From positions 11,044 to 75,043 of the forward strand of contig JAGNEJ010000010.1 in the NCBI GenBank assembly GCA_018003315.1: 64,000 bases of DNA, in the 5' to 3' direction. The notes beneath the pieces were generated by a model. The model was not told the origin of the DNA. It saw only the letters and a list, made by a program, of their open reading frames with translations, and did not search any database. Positions 36,753 to 47,028 of this stretch are shown here, piece after piece; position 1 is the first letter of the stretch; each line of letters starts with the position of its first letter. The translations under genes were made by a program, and so were the position numbers. The stretch comes from Verrucomicrobiales bacterium (GTDB lineage: Bacteria > Verrucomicrobiota > Verrucomicrobiia > Verrucomicrobiales > V1-33).

Positions 36753-36775
36753 GCCGCTGCACCGCGGCCTTTTTG
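36753..36775 (+). terminator. Candidate rho-independent terminator after infA
   Basis: Stem GCCGC (36753-36757) pairs with GCGGC (36764-36768). The loop is TGCACC and CTTTTTG follows. It lies between convergent genes. Confidence 0.45.
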
Positions 36776-36797
36776 CACTTCGCGGACGGGAAACCGC

Positions 36798-38135
36798 TCA
36801 CACCGTCCATCCTTCGCGGTATTTTGGCTGAACGAAGGCGCTGGCTTCGGCGTGATTGCGGAATGTCAGGGCAGCGGCATCCCACTCCAGATCCTTGCCG
36901 GGAAAGCGGACGGCGATGGTGCCCAGCATGGTCGCTTCGGCCAGCGGGCCAGCGAAATCGAAGTTGGAAGTGGTCCTGGCCCCGTCCAGTCCGAGGCAGG
37001 TTTTTACAAACTGCGTGTAATGTTCCTGCGGATTTCCTGCGACCACTTCGTGTTTGAAGGCGCGGTCGGCTGCATACGGCAGCAACTGCGGACGGGCGAC
37101 ATGCGGAAGCAGCAGGGCTCCCTTCTCCCCCAGAAAGACGGCTCCATTCGCAGGGAGTTCACGCCCCGCATCCAGTGGAATTCCATCGACCGGAGGGCGC
37201 TGGCTGGCATCGTGCCAACTGACGGGCAGAATGCTGCCTGCGGTGAATTCGGTTCCGGGAAATTCGTATTGAATGACCTCCCAGTCCGGCCAGACTTCGC
37301 GATTGCGTTTTGGATTCTGCGCCCATGCATCCGGCACGCTGGCACGGACTTTCAGCGGGGCAGTCAGCCCCAATGCCTTGAACGGAGTGTCCATGATGTG
37401 GCAGCCGAAATCCCCCAAAGTCCCACCGCCAAAATCCTGCCAGCCCCTCCACTGCACGGGATGATACTGTCCCTTCTTGTAGGGTCGCGAGGGTGCCACG
37501 CCTAACCATTTATCCCAATCCAAACCTGACGGCACCGGATCCGCACCATCGGGTCGGGCATCTTTGGCAAAAGAGCTGCTGCACCAGCAGCGCACCTCCT
37601 TGATTTTCCCAATCACACCGTCCCTGAGCATCTTCACCGCGGTGCGATAGGTGGAGTCACTCTGGATCTGGTTGCCCATCTGGGTCACCACGCCGGCTTC
37701 CTTGGCCTTGAGCCGCATCTGCCGGGCTTCCCCCACGGTGTGCGCCAGCGGTTTTTGGCAATAGACATGCTTTTTGTGTTTCAGCGCCGTCAAGGCGATC
37801 GGACCGTGCATGTGGTCCGGCACCGCGATGTTCACGCTGTCGATTTTGTCCGCCATGGTGGCGAACATCTCGCGCCAGTCCTGAAACTGCCGGGCGGACG
37901 GATGGTCCTGGGCGGCCTTGCTCAGGTGGTCCCGGTCCACATCGGCCAAGGCGACGATCTCCACCAACCCGCTGGCTGCTATGGATGCCAAATCACTGCC
38001 GCCCTGCATGCCGCCAGCGCCAATCGAAGCATGTGCCAGCCGCTTGCTGGGCGGATTCGCCCAAACCTCCGCCGGAAGAATGAACGGCAGGGCAATTCCT
38101 GAGGACGATGAACGGAGAAATGTGCGGCGGCGCAT
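36798..38135 (-). CDS. Gfo/Idh/MocA-family oxidoreductase with TAT signal
   Basis: Start chosen at MRRRTFLRSSSSGIALPF. The Rossmann segment is HASIGAGGMQGGSDL, and the C-terminal region is typical of the family. Confidence 0.7.
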   Translation of the reverse strand: MRRRTFLRSSSSGIALPFILPAEVWANPPSKRLAHASIGAGGMQGGSDLASIAASGLVEIVALADVDRDHLSKAAQDHPSARQFQDWREMFATMADKIDSVNIAVPDHMHGPIALTALKHKKHVYCQKPLAHTVGEARQMRLKAKEAGVVTQMGNQIQSDSTYRTAVKMLRDGVIGKIKEVRCWCSSSFAKDARPDGADPVPSGLDWDKWLGVAPSRPYKKGQYHPVQWRGWQDFGGGTLGDFGCHIMDTPFKALGLTAPLKVRASVPDAWAQNPKRNREVWPDWEVIQYEFPGTEFTAGSILPVSWHDASQRPPVDGIPLDAGRELPANGAVFLGEKGALLLPHVARPQLLPYAADRAFKHEVVAGNPQEHYTQFVKTCLGLDGARTTSNFDFAGPLAEATMLGTIAVRFPGKDLEWDAAALTFRNHAEASAFVQPKYREGWTV

Positions 38136-38373
38136 GGGTGTGAGGATGTGAAGATAAAAAGCGGTGGCGTGAGCAAAAATTCCACTGGGACTGGTCCGGT
38201 CAACGCCGCAGACGTGGGGGGCATCCGGTGGCTTCAATGGCGGTGCGCCCGTCCGGCCTTCCGCTGCCCAGCCATGCCATGATGCAGTCCCGCAGATTCA
38301 CGGTTTGGAAGGTGAATTCCCGCTTGAAGCCGTGGGCGAGGCCACTATGTTCGCGCAGCAATTTGCCAGGCAC

Positions 38374-38449
38374 GGGGGTATAGCTCAGTTGGTAGAGCGT
38401 CTCGTTCGCAATGAGAAGGCCAGGGGTTCGAATCCCCTTACCTCCACCA
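38374..38449 (+). tRNA. tRNA-Ala (anticodon CGC), CCA encoded
   Basis: Acceptor GGGGGTA/TACCTCC includes the G3:U70 wobble characteristic of tRNA-Ala. Anticodon loop is TTCGCAA, T arm AGGGG-TTCGAAT-CCCCT, 3' end ACCA. Confidence 0.9.
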
Positions 38450-38567
38450 CTTGGCAGCACCGCATCAGAATATGTGAGGAAAAGGCCGGAGGCATCCGGT
38501 TTCGGGCCGCACAATCCGCAGATGGACGTGAGGTTTCCATTGTCAGTGTGCTGGGTTTCACCCATGA

Positions 38568-39659
38568 ATGGCCATGCACCAGAAATCCCCGGGCGATTTG
38601 CCTCCGCTGCGCAGTACTTTGGATTTGGAACGAATTCTGGAATTTGAATTCGTCCGGGCCACAGAAAATGCCGCGCTTCAAGCCATTCACTGGCTGGGCC
38701 GGGGGGAAAAGGAACGGGCAGACGCGGCGGCCTGCCGGGCGATATACGGAGTGTTCGACCTGCTGGATGTGTGCGGAGAGGTGGTCATCGGCGAAGGCAT
38801 CAAGGATCGCGCGCCGGGGATCTTCCTCGGCGAACAGCTCGGCACCTGGACTCCCGGAGCACCGCGGTTCAACATCGCACTCGATCCCATTGACGGAACA
38901 ACCAACATTGCCAAAGGACTGCCCAACGCCATCTCGGTCATCGCGGCTGCCCAGGTGCCGGACGGCGCTCCGAGTTCCATGGTGAACATTCCCAGCTTTT
39001 ATTCCCGCAAGATCGCCTACGGCCCGGCGGTGAAGCGGGCACTCCAGCAGCAGGGAGACCGCTGTTTTCTGGACATGCCGCTGCGGGAAGCCGTCGCCTT
39101 TGCCGCGGCAGTGCTCGGCAAACAGGTCCGCGATGTGGTGGTGATGACCATGGACCGGACGCGCCACCAGGGGCTGATCGAGGAAATTCGTTCCACCGGA
39201 GCCGCCCTGCGGATGATTTCCGACGGAGACATCACCGCCGCCGTCGCGCCATCGCTGCCAGACAGTGGCGTGGACCTTTACATCGGCATCGGCGGTTCGC
39301 CGGAAGGCGTGCTGGCCGCCGCGGCACTCAAGTGCCTGGGCGGGGACATGCAGCTGCGCATGTGGTTTTCCCACGAGGATGCCGAGCACCGCGCCGAGGT
39401 GGAGGCAACCCTTGCTCCATCCGAAATCGACCGCGTTTTCCGCTCGGATGATCTGGTCATTGGAGCAAGCTCCCTCTTCTGCGCTTCCGGCATCAGCGAC
39501 AGCGCCCTGCTGCCGGGAGTCAAGCTCATTGGCAACCGCGTCGAAACCCATTCCATTCTGATGCGAGCACGCAGCGGAACCGTCCGCCACATTCATGCCG
39601 TGCATCATCTGGACCGGAAAATTGTTCCCTTGCGGGAAAGTGCCTTTCCGGGATTCTGA
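38568..39659 (+). CDS. glpX: Class II fructose-1,6-bisphosphatase
   Basis: Motifs FVRATENAALQAIHWLGRGEK, ALDPIDGTTN and GIGGSPEGVLAAAALKCLGG. Confidence 0.85.
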   Translation: MAMHQKSPGDLPPLRSTLDLERILEFEFVRATENAALQAIHWLGRGEKERADAAACRAIYGVFDLLDVCGEVVIGEGIKDRAPGIFLGEQLGTWTPGAPRFNIALDPIDGTTNIAKGLPNAISVIAAAQVPDGAPSSMVNIPSFYSRKIAYGPAVKRALQQQGDRCFLDMPLREAVAFAAAVLGKQVRDVVVMTMDRTRHQGLIEEIRSTGAALRMISDGDITAAVAPSLPDSGVDLYIGIGGSPEGVLAAAALKCLGGDMQLRMWFSHEDAEHRAEVEATLAPSEIDRVFRSDDLVIGASSLFCASGISDSALLPGVKLIGNRVETHSILMRARSGTVRHIHAVHHLDRKIVPLRESAFPGF

Positions 39660-39679
39660 TCCCGATTCCGGCAAACCGG

Positions 39680-40789
39680 TCAAAGTCCCAGCGCTCGGCG
39701 GACCCACTGGCGTTTGAGTTCCAATTCCGCCCATTCGGATTCAAAACTGCTCCCGCTGACTATGCCGCACCCGGCCGGCAGACTGGCAATCTCATTTTCC
39801 CAAAAAATGCCGCGAATGGCGACGAGGAAAAGCATGCCTCCCGGCCATTTCACTCCGAATGGCGCGCCGAAATGAGGGGGGATTTTCAGGGTTTTCCGAT
39901 AGGATTTCAGCAATGCGAGGGTCTGACGATTCCGCGGAGCAATGCCCAGGGCCGGCGTCGGATGCAGCAGCCGGATCAGTTCCCCGCCGCGCTGCTCCCA
40001 TTGCGGATCATCCAGGGTGACTTCCAGTTTGGTGCAGAGGTGCGTCATGGTCCCAAGGTCGAGCAATCGTCGCGGCAGCACGGTCAAGGAACCAAGCGTG
40101 CCGAGGCGCTGGAGCAGCACTTCCACCACCAGTTCGTGCTCATGCAGAAGCTTTGGATGCTGCTGCAGGGTGTCCCTGTCACCGGAAGGGACGGTGCCGG
40201 CCAGCGCCATGGTGTGCAGTTTTCCGCCCTCCAAATGGAACAGCAGTTCGGGCGTGCGTCCGGCGAAGCCGCGGGTTCCCATTGAGCAGGCATAGCCATG
40301 CGTGCCTGGGTCTCCTTCTAGGTGCGGGAATGCCTCCAAAAAATCCCACCGTGTTTGTTCCGGCCAGGCGCAGGTGTCCGCGACCACAGGCACGGCCTTG
40401 CGCAGGGATTTTCGCACCAGCTTGCCTGCGATGTCTTCGAAAACGTCGCGAAACTGTTCCGGATCCGGCTTCTGCCAATCCCGAGCGGGAGGGGACGCCC
40501 GCTCTGTGCATGCTCCCAGGCATTCAAAATCCAGATCCTGCGGAATGAGCCACGGCTTCGGGTCGCCCAAATCGAAATCATTGACATAGAAGGCCCATCC
40601 CTCAACCGGGGCGGTTTCACTCTTTTCAAAGGGACCCCAGCCGCGAACCATGCGCCCGCCTCCCAGATCCATCCAGAGCAAATCCTCCCCTTTTCGGTGC
40701 AGGGGGCGGACGGGATGGGTGGAATCAAGGGTGCCGGACATGCGAATTACTGGCCCGGTTGGTGCGATCACTCCGGACGCCTCCCTCAA
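39680..40789 (-). CDS. menF: Isochorismate synthase (MenF-like chorismate-binding enzyme)
   Basis: Motifs LLHPTPALGIAPR and AGCGIVSGSSFESEWAELELK, typical of chorismate-utilising enzymes. Confidence 0.6.
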   Translation of the reverse strand: MREASGVIAPTGPVIRMSGTLDSTHPVRPLHRKGEDLLWMDLGGGRMVRGWGPFEKSETAPVEGWAFYVNDFDLGDPKPWLIPQDLDFECLGACTERASPPARDWQKPDPEQFRDVFEDIAGKLVRKSLRKAVPVVADTCAWPEQTRWDFLEAFPHLEGDPGTHGYACSMGTRGFAGRTPELLFHLEGGKLHTMALAGTVPSGDRDTLQQHPKLLHEHELVVEVLLQRLGTLGSLTVLPRRLLDLGTMTHLCTKLEVTLDDPQWEQRGGELIRLLHPTPALGIAPRNRQTLALLKSYRKTLKIPPHFGAPFGVKWPGGMLFLVAIRGIFWENEIASLPAGCGIVSGSSFESEWAELELKRQWVRRALGL

Positions 40790-40897
40790 GCCGAATTGCT
40801 GCGGCGAGGATTTTTTCGGTGCCGCAGCATTTCTCTCCGTGCAGAAATTACAACCGGAAAAGACAGGTGCGGTGTCTGGAAAATTTCCAGGAGCAGC

Positions 40898-41275
40898 TCA
40901 ACCGAGCCGGAACCTTACATCGGTGATCTGCCGCCCAGAAAACACCTCGCGAAGTTTGGCCAGAATTTTTGCCTTTTGCGGTCCTTGAAGCATGTAACGC
41001 ACCGACGGCTGCAGCACCGCCACCTGGAGCACCCCATCCGTAAGGGCGACGGCTCTGGAGTTTGCCGCCAGGAATTCGCCAACAGCCTGCTTCCAGGGGG
41101 CTTGAAGCTCCTCCTCGGTGCAGCGGTCATCCAGACCGGCCCGGGCAAGGATGTTCGACAGCACCTCAGAAAGCCTGTGCTCGTAGCGTTCGAGATCGGG
41201 CGCAGGCTCCACGCCGCGCCACTCGGCGAGCACACGGCGCTGGATTTTTGTCAGGCGGGGCGGTTTTGCAGCCAT
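40898..41275 (-). CDS. DUF721 (DciA-like) protein
   Basis: Start chosen at MAAKPPRL. Contains ...WKQAVGEFLAANSRAVALTDGVLQVAVLQPSVRYML... and the C-terminal ITDVRFRLG, typical of DUF721. Confidence 0.5.
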   Translation of the reverse strand: MAAKPPRLTKIQRRVLAEWRGVEPAPDLERYEHRLSEVLSNILARAGLDDRCTEEELQAPWKQAVGEFLAANSRAVALTDGVLQVAVLQPSVRYMLQGPQKAKILAKLREVFSGRQITDVRFRLG

Positions 41276-41416
41276 GCTCGAATATGGCACGGATTTTCCG
41301 ATCCGCCAACCGGACAAGATGCCGGGGCGTGCCCTCCGGGTGGGAGAGCGCCTTCGCATGTGCGGAAGGCTCGCTCTCACTCTGCAGAGCGCGGATGCGT
41401 TGGGGCTCGTTCGGGA

Positions 41417-42289
41417 TTATTTCCCGTAAACTTCAACTTCGATGTAGTGGTTCATCTCGTCGATGTATCGGCCGTTGGAGTAAAGCCGAACGTAGCGACC
41501 CTTGACGCCATTGGCGGGAACGAACCGACCGTGGTTGGTTTCCACGTAAGATTGGTCCTTTCCGACGCCCAGCTGCACGGAGTTGTCGAAATCGTTGTTG
41601 AAAATGGTGGTCGCATTCTTGAATTCGGGATCGTTGGAGACCTGGACGACGACTCCCTTGTAAATGACCGCCTGCTTGTGGAAATGCCAGACCCACACGG
41701 CCCAGATTTCCTTCTCTGCCCCGAGATCGATCTGCACCCACTGGGCAGCGGGTGCCAGTTCGACATAAAAGCCGTCGGATCCATCCTTCTCACCGTCGGT
41801 GACGCATTTCAGTTCACCGGTGAAGGGATTGCTGTCGCTGGAAGTCACCGGAGCGCCTTTGGAGAGCAACTGCACGCCCTCTGGCAGATCAGCAAAGGTG
41901 GTGGGTTTGGCTGACTTGTCCAGGTTGGGAATGTCGTTGTTTGCAGGCAGCGGCGTGCCGGCAAAAAGCGGCGGCGGGAAGTCCGGCTGGATGCGCTTGG
42001 TGGCACCGGCTGGTGGCGGAGCCGGCTTGGGGGCTTCCGTCACGGCAACCGGCGTGGGTTGCGGCTTCGGTGCTTCAACCGGTTTGACTGCCTCCTTTGG
42101 TGCCGCGTTGGCGGCAACCGCCGGGACCGCAGGCGGAGTCGCAGGCGGAGGAGCGCTGTTGCCAGTGGACACGACCGTGGACGCAGAACCGCCGCCGGAA
42201 GGCGAAAGACCGGGCGCAGCTTGATCGCAGGAAGTAAGGGCAACCGCACAAATGGCGGCAAACGGGCTGGCAAAAATCAATTTTTTCAT
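41417..42289 (-). CDS. Lipoprotein with Pro/Ala-rich linker and discoidin (F5/8 type C) domain
   Basis: Lipobox is AVALTSC. The linker is low-complexity PPATPPAVPA... The C-terminal part reads ...WVQIDLGAEKEIWAVWVWH...GRYVRLYSNG. Confidence 0.6.
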   Translation of the reverse strand: MKKLIFASPFAAICAVALTSCDQAAPGLSPSGGGSASTVVSTGNSAPPPATPPAVPAVAANAAPKEAVKPVEAPKPQPTPVAVTEAPKPAPPPAGATKRIQPDFPPPLFAGTPLPANNDIPNLDKSAKPTTFADLPEGVQLLSKGAPVTSSDSNPFTGELKCVTDGEKDGSDGFYVELAPAAQWVQIDLGAEKEIWAVWVWHFHKQAVIYKGVVVQVSNDPEFKNATTIFNNDFDNSVQLGVGKDQSYVETNHGRFVPANGVKGRYVRLYSNGRYIDEMNHYIEVEVYGK

Positions 42290-42327
42290 GGGGTGTGGAG
42301 TGGTTGGTTGAGGAATGGGACAGGAGG

Positions 42328-43794
42328 TCAGGCGACGGTAAAGTCGCCGGGTTGGAACTCAATGCGGCCGCCGCCTTTCTGGACGAGGTCGTTCACCTTA
42401 ATGACCGCCACGGCACACTGATAGGCATCTTCCACCGGACAGTTCAGGTCGGTTTGTTTGCCCTTCTTGTGGACGGTCTGGAGGAAATTCTCCACATGCG
42501 GAGTGTGGTAGGGCAAGTTCAGCACGATCGGCAGCTCGTAGGGGTCGAGCGGGGTGGAGGCACGCACATCCACCACGCCCTCCTTGTCCAGCCACGGGTC
42601 CGGACGATACCAGGTGCGCGGGCGTTCCCAGAATTTATGGCGCACAGCGTCGGCGGATTTCTTCAGGTAGCCTTTGCCGAAGAATTCGCCCTCCCACTTG
42701 GCCTGGTCGGAATCCCATTTTTCGCGGTAAACCTGGTTGTAGGTATCCACTTCTGCCAGCACAACCGTGCCCTTGTCGCCCATGTATTTCTCATAGGCCT
42801 GCATGGAACTGTTGGTGGTGATGACCTGGTAAACGACGCGGACCAGGCCGTTGCCCGGCACGTCATATTCGTAAACGGCGATCGCATTGTCCGGGTGCTC
42901 GTAGGTGACCGGGGCCGTGCCCGGTGTCAGGACAATGTTTTTGAAATAGTCGGTGCCGCCGCTCGCCGTGACTGACCGCGGCGTGACGCCGAACATCCAG
43001 TTGAAAATGTCGATCTGGTGGGCACCGAGATCCGACATCGGACCGCCGCCGTATTTTTTATACCAGCGCCAGTTCAGAAACTCGAAGACATTGTCATAGC
43101 CGACGTCCTTGATGAGCTTTTCCTGTTCCGCGTTGTATCTGGCGTTGATGGGAACGGTGACGCCGCGGTTCCATTGACCGTAGGCATGGGTGATGCGGCC
43201 GCACACCTTGACGGAATGCAGAATGGTGTCGCGCACATAGCGGTAGCGCGGATTGCTGCGCCGCTGGTGTCCGATTTGGAGGAGCTTTCCGCTGCTGCGC
43301 TGGCTTTTCACCATTTTCGCAGCCGCCTCCAGGGAGTTGGACATCATTTTCTCGCAGTAAACGTCCTTGCCGGCCTGGTGGCAGATGCTGGTAAACGGTT
43401 CGTGCAGCCAGTCCGGGACGGCAATGAACACGGCATGGATCTCTGGATGCGCCTGCAGCATGTCCTCCACCCGGGTGTAGGCCGCGTATTCGCTGGTGGA
43501 CCCCGGCTTGTGGGCACTGACTGCCCGGGCGGCGGATTTCGCCTGAGATTCAAGCAGGTCGCAGACGGCGACCCATTTCACCGGCACGGAAGCGACCTTT
43601 TGAATGGCGCGCATCAGGGTCTGCCCCTGGGAGCCGTAGCCAATGAGGGCGATGTTGATGGCGTCCGAGGGCTCTGCGGCAGAAGCGGACTGTTTGGCCA
43701 GAGTCATGGCCGCCGCTCCGGCGGCACCGGTCCGAAGGAAAGAACGTCTTGAAAGATCAATCGGCGCCTTGGCGCCGGCGGTTTGCTTTTTCAT
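42328..43794 (-). CDS. Gfo/Idh/MocA-family oxidoreductase with TAT signal
   Basis: TAT signal is SRRSFLRTGAAGAAAMTLA. The Rossmann segment is INIALIGYGSQGQ. Confidence 0.7.
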   Translation of the reverse strand: MKKQTAGAKAPIDLSRRSFLRTGAAGAAAMTLAKQSASAAEPSDAINIALIGYGSQGQTLMRAIQKVASVPVKWVAVCDLLESQAKSAARAVSAHKPGSTSEYAAYTRVEDMLQAHPEIHAVFIAVPDWLHEPFTSICHQAGKDVYCEKMMSNSLEAAAKMVKSQRSSGKLLQIGHQRRSNPRYRYVRDTILHSVKVCGRITHAYGQWNRGVTVPINARYNAEQEKLIKDVGYDNVFEFLNWRWYKKYGGGPMSDLGAHQIDIFNWMFGVTPRSVTASGGTDYFKNIVLTPGTAPVTYEHPDNAIAVYEYDVPGNGLVRVVYQVITTNSSMQAYEKYMGDKGTVVLAEVDTYNQVYREKWDSDQAKWEGEFFGKGYLKKSADAVRHKFWERPRTWYRPDPWLDKEGVVDVRASTPLDPYELPIVLNLPYHTPHVENFLQTVHKKGKQTDLNCPVEDAYQCAVAVIKVNDLVQKGGGRIEFQPGDFTVA

Positions 43795-43825
43795 CGTTTC
43801 GCTGGGGTGAAGTTTTTAATAACAC

Positions 43826-44407
43826 TCAGTCAGCGGAACTCGAACGGCCATCAAGGCACAGGCGGTTGTGCTTGATGATGCCCAGGGCGACGACGTGGAG
43901 CAGCAGGAAGAACAACAGCATCTGGATGGTGGGATTGTCAGGCAGCATCATCTGACCGGCAGCCAGGCTGATCCAGACCAACCCTCCGAGCAGGTGGGCA
44001 ATGCGGCTCATCAGCCCCAGTAGGATCAGAACGCCGCTGCCAATCATGAGCCAGGGCAGGGCCATGCCAAAACGGTAAAAAACCTGGCTGAAAAAATTGG
44101 CCGTTTTCAGGCCTCCCGGCAGCTTGTCTGCGTTGTCCAGACCGCTGTTGATGTAAACGACGTTGACGATCTTGGCGGCTTTTGGGGCCTTGCCCTCCTT
44201 GAGTTCCTGCTCCGTGCCATAGTAGTTGTCCAGGCTGTAGGTTGCCGGACTGGTTGCGCTCTTGAATTTGTCCGATCCGGAAAAGATCAACAGCAGGCCC
44301 AGCGCCAGTCGCAGCAGCAGGTAGGCCCAGGTCCAGTCGGTCCAGGGTTTGAAAAACGAGGAGGATTCTGCCTTGCCGGCGTGCGGGGTCGATGCGGTAT
44401 CAGCCAT
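43826..44407 (-). CDS. DoxX-like membrane protein
   Basis: Start chosen at MADTAS. Contains WAYLLLRLALGLLLIFSGSDKF plus three further TM helices. Confidence 0.4.
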   Translation of the reverse strand: MADTASTPHAGKAESSSFFKPWTDWTWAYLLLRLALGLLLIFSGSDKFKSATSPATYSLDNYYGTEQELKEGKAPKAAKIVNVVYINSGLDNADKLPGGLKTANFFSQVFYRFGMALPWLMIGSGVLILLGLMSRIAHLLGGLVWISLAAGQMMLPDNPTIQMLLFFLLLHVVALGIIKHNRLCLDGRSSSAD

Positions 44408-44513
44408 AATTTGGATTGTTGGTTCGTTGAACTGGGAGGAGTGGAGGGTTATTTTGCTTGACGCAAGCGCGGAAATCCAGCGGATTTGCGGGCTTGGCAA
44501 ATACGCGGTGACG

Positions 44514-45155
44514 TTACACAGGCGGCGCTGGGGTGCCGCACCCGTGGCGAGTGACGAATGTCTGGATCAGGCGCAAGCCATTGCCCTGGCTTTTTTCAGG
44601 ATGAAACTGGGTGGCCAGCAAACGGCCCCGCTGGACGGCAGAGGCGAATTCCACCCCTCCGTAGCCAGTCAGCGTGGCCGCCAGCGACCGATCCGCCGGT
44701 TCTGGATAGTAGGAGTGCACAAAATAAAAATAGGGTTCCTCCCCCAGCCCATCCCAGGCGGATTGATCCGCTGCCACCACGCGCGCGGTGTTCCATCCCA
44801 TGTGGGGAATTTTCAGTCCTGGGGTCTCGCGGAATTTTACGACCCGCCCGGGGAAAATGCCCAATCCGGCCACACCGGGGTTTTCCTCGCTGCTTTCAAA
44901 GAGCAACTGATAGCCGATGCAGATGCCGAAAAACGGCCGGTCTGCTAAAATCCAGTCGCGCAGCGGCTCGACCAATCCGCGCGCTTGCAAACCGGTCATG
45001 GAGTCCGCAAAAGCCCCCTGGCCGGGAAAAACCACGGCATCAATGCCATGAAAGTGTCCAGGAACACTGATTTCCTGATGGCCAGCCCCCAATGCCGCCA
45101 GGGCATTGCGGACGCTCTGGATGTTCCCGCCGCCGTAGTTGACCACGCCAATCAT
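44514..45155 (-). CDS. hisH: Imidazole glycerol phosphate synthase, glutamine amidotransferase subunit
   Basis: Starts MIGVVNYGGGNIQSVRNAL, has the catalytic GICIGYQLL, and ends with ...ATQFHPEKS. Confidence 0.9.
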   Translation of the reverse strand: MIGVVNYGGGNIQSVRNALAALGAGHQEISVPGHFHGIDAVVFPGQGAFADSMTGLQARGLVEPLRDWILADRPFFGICIGYQLLFESSEENPGVAGLGIFPGRVVKFRETPGLKIPHMGWNTARVVAADQSAWDGLGEEPYFYFVHSYYPEPADRSLAATLTGYGGVEFASAVQRGRLLATQFHPEKSQGNGLRLIQTFVTRHGCGTPAPPV

Positions 45156-45246
45156 GCGCAGGGCTTCCTCCAAATCGCTTCACCAGCGGCATCGGCCACT
45201 GGCGCTCCAGACCATCCTGGCATCACCTTCATGGCAGCGGTCCCGG

Positions 45247-45843
45247 TCACAGCGCCTCCTTGGTGCTGGGAATGCCGGTCACGCGGGGGTCCCTGCGCAT
45301 CGCCTGATCCAATGCCCGGGCCAGGCCCTTGAAGACGCTCTCCGCCAGGTGGTGGGGGTCGCGTCCGTAGAGGATTTCCACATGGACGTTCGCCGCCAGA
45401 TTGAAGGCCACGGCGCGCAGGAATTCTTCGACCAGCGTGAAATTGAAATTTCCGATGCTTTCGACGCGATCCGGCCCGCGGTAGTCCAAAAAGGCGCGTC
45501 CGCTCAGATCCACCACGGTGCGGCTGAGGGTCTCGTCCATGGGCAAATAGCACCAGCCATAGCGGTGGATGCCCCGCTTGTCCCCCAGCGCCTGTTTCAG
45601 CGCCTGGCCGAGGACAATGCCGGTGTCCTCCACGGCATGGTGGCAGTCGATGTGCAGGTCGCCCTGGGTCCGCACGGTCAGATCCATCAGGCTGTGCTTC
45701 GCAAACAGGGTCAGCATGTGATCGAAAAATCCGATTCCGGTGTGGATGTCAGCGTGTCCGCAACCATCGACGACCACGGACAGGGAAATGTCCGTTTCGG
45801 CGGTTTTTCGGGTCAGGGATGCACGGCGTGTCGTCTCTGGCAT
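45247..45843 (-). CDS. hisB: Imidazoleglycerol-phosphate dehydratase
   Basis: Internal ATG at 45841-45843. Motifs RKTAETDISL, GIGFFDHML, DCHHAVEDTGI and GRDPHHLAESVFK. The longer ORF that extends to 46920 is antisense to galE. Confidence 0.9.
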   Translation of the reverse strand: MPETTRRASLTRKTAETDISLSVVVDGCGHADIHTGIGFFDHMLTLFAKHSLMDLTVRTQGDLHIDCHHAVEDTGIVLGQALKQALGDKRGIHRYGWCYLPMDETLSRTVVDLSGRAFLDYRGPDRVESIGNFNFTLVEEFLRAVAFNLAANVHVEILYGRDPHHLAESVFKGLARALDQAMRRDPRVTGIPSTKEAL

Positions 45844-45975
45844 GCGGGCAAGTGTGGCGGTGGAATGCCGAAGCGCAAGGAGGAATGGCCACCGCACCCC
45901 CACGCTGACAAAAACCTGCTGGCAGTCCGCGCCTGCCGCGTGTAGGCAGTGGCACACCTGCGGATCGATCACACC

Positions 45976-46995
45976 ATGCAAACCACTTCCACCAAACACA
46001 AGGCGCTCCTGGTCACTGGTGGCGCAGGCTACATCGGTTCCCACACCGTCCGGCTGCTGGCGGAGGCGGGGGAGTCCGTCCTGGTGCTCGACTCGCTGGA
46101 ACTGGGCCACCGCGACGCCCTCATTTCCCCGCACGTCGATCTCGTTGTCGGTGATCTGGGCGATGCCACACTGGTGGAGCGGATATTTGAAGGCTACGAA
46201 GTTGAGGCCGTCCTCCATTTCGCCGCCTATGCCCTGGTGGGTGAATCCGTGGAGGAACCGCTCAAATACTATCAAAACAACTTCGCCGCGCCCCTGGTCC
46301 TGCTCGACGCCATGCGGCGGCACGGCTGCCGCCAGTTCATTTTCTCGTCCACCTGCGCCACCTACGGGAATCCGCAGTTTGTTCCCATGGATGAGTCCCA
46401 CCCGCAAAATCCCATCAATCCCTACGGTGCCAGCAAGCTCATGCTGGAGCGGGCGCTGTGGGACAGCGAATCCGCCTGGGGGCTGCGCAGCGTCATCCTG
46501 CGCTACTTCAACGCCGCGGGCTGTTCCGAGGATGGAAAAATCGGCGAAGACCACACGCCGGAATCCCACCTCATTCCCCGCGCCCTCATGGCTGCCACGG
46601 GGGAAATCGAGCGCCTGACCGTGTTTGGAAACGACTACCCCACCCCGGACGGCACCTGCATTCGCGACTACATCCATGTGCTGGACCTCGCGGAAGCCCA
46701 CGCGGCCGCCCTGCGCTACCTGCGCGGGGGCGGCACCAGCACCGCCTGCAATCTCGGCACCGGAACCGGGGCCTCGGTCAGCCAGATCATCCAGCTCGCA
46801 GCCGAAATCACCGGTCGGCCCATTCCGGTCGAATACGGTCCGCGCCGCCCCGGCGACCCGCCGGAACTCGTCGCCGCCCCGGCCAAGGCCAGGGAAGTTC
46901 TGGGCTGGGAAGCCCGCCACCGCGATCCCCGCGAGATGGTGGAAGCCGCCTGGCGCTGGCTCAACGGCCCCCGCCGCGGACGGTATGCCCGGTGA
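45976..46995 (+). CDS. galE: UDP-glucose 4-epimerase
   Basis: Motifs LLVTGGAGYIGSH, the YGASK catalytic motif and LRYFNAAG. ATG at 45976 is preferred over GTG at 45949. Confidence 0.9.
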   Translation: MQTTSTKHKALLVTGGAGYIGSHTVRLLAEAGESVLVLDSLELGHRDALISPHVDLVVGDLGDATLVERIFEGYEVEAVLHFAAYALVGESVEEPLKYYQNNFAAPLVLLDAMRRHGCRQFIFSSTCATYGNPQFVPMDESHPQNPINPYGASKLMLERALWDSESAWGLRSVILRYFNAAGCSEDGKIGEDHTPESHLIPRALMAATGEIERLTVFGNDYPTPDGTCIRDYIHVLDLAEAHAAALRYLRGGGTSTACNLGTGTGASVSQIIQLAAEITGRPIPVEYGPRRPGDPPELVAAPAKAREVLGWEARHRDPREMVEAAWRWLNGPRRGRYAR

Positions 46996-47028
46996 ATTGT
47001 GCGGGCTGCTTTCGCGGGATGGGTGGCT

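Noticed and set aside
38385-39734. 449-aa minus-strand ORF
   Set aside because: It is antisense to glpX and overlaps the tRNA-Ala gene. No recognisable domain.
40322-41914. 530-aa plus-strand ORF spanning three minus-strand genes
   Set aside because: It runs antisense across menF, the DUF721 gene and the discoidin lipoprotein gene, including their intergenic gaps. This is a shadow ORF.
45844-46920. N-terminal 358 aa of the 557-aa minus-strand ORF that ends as hisB
   Set aside because: Only the last 198 codons (from the ATG at 45841-45843) match HisB. The upstream part is antisense to a clear galE gene and has shadow-ORF composition.
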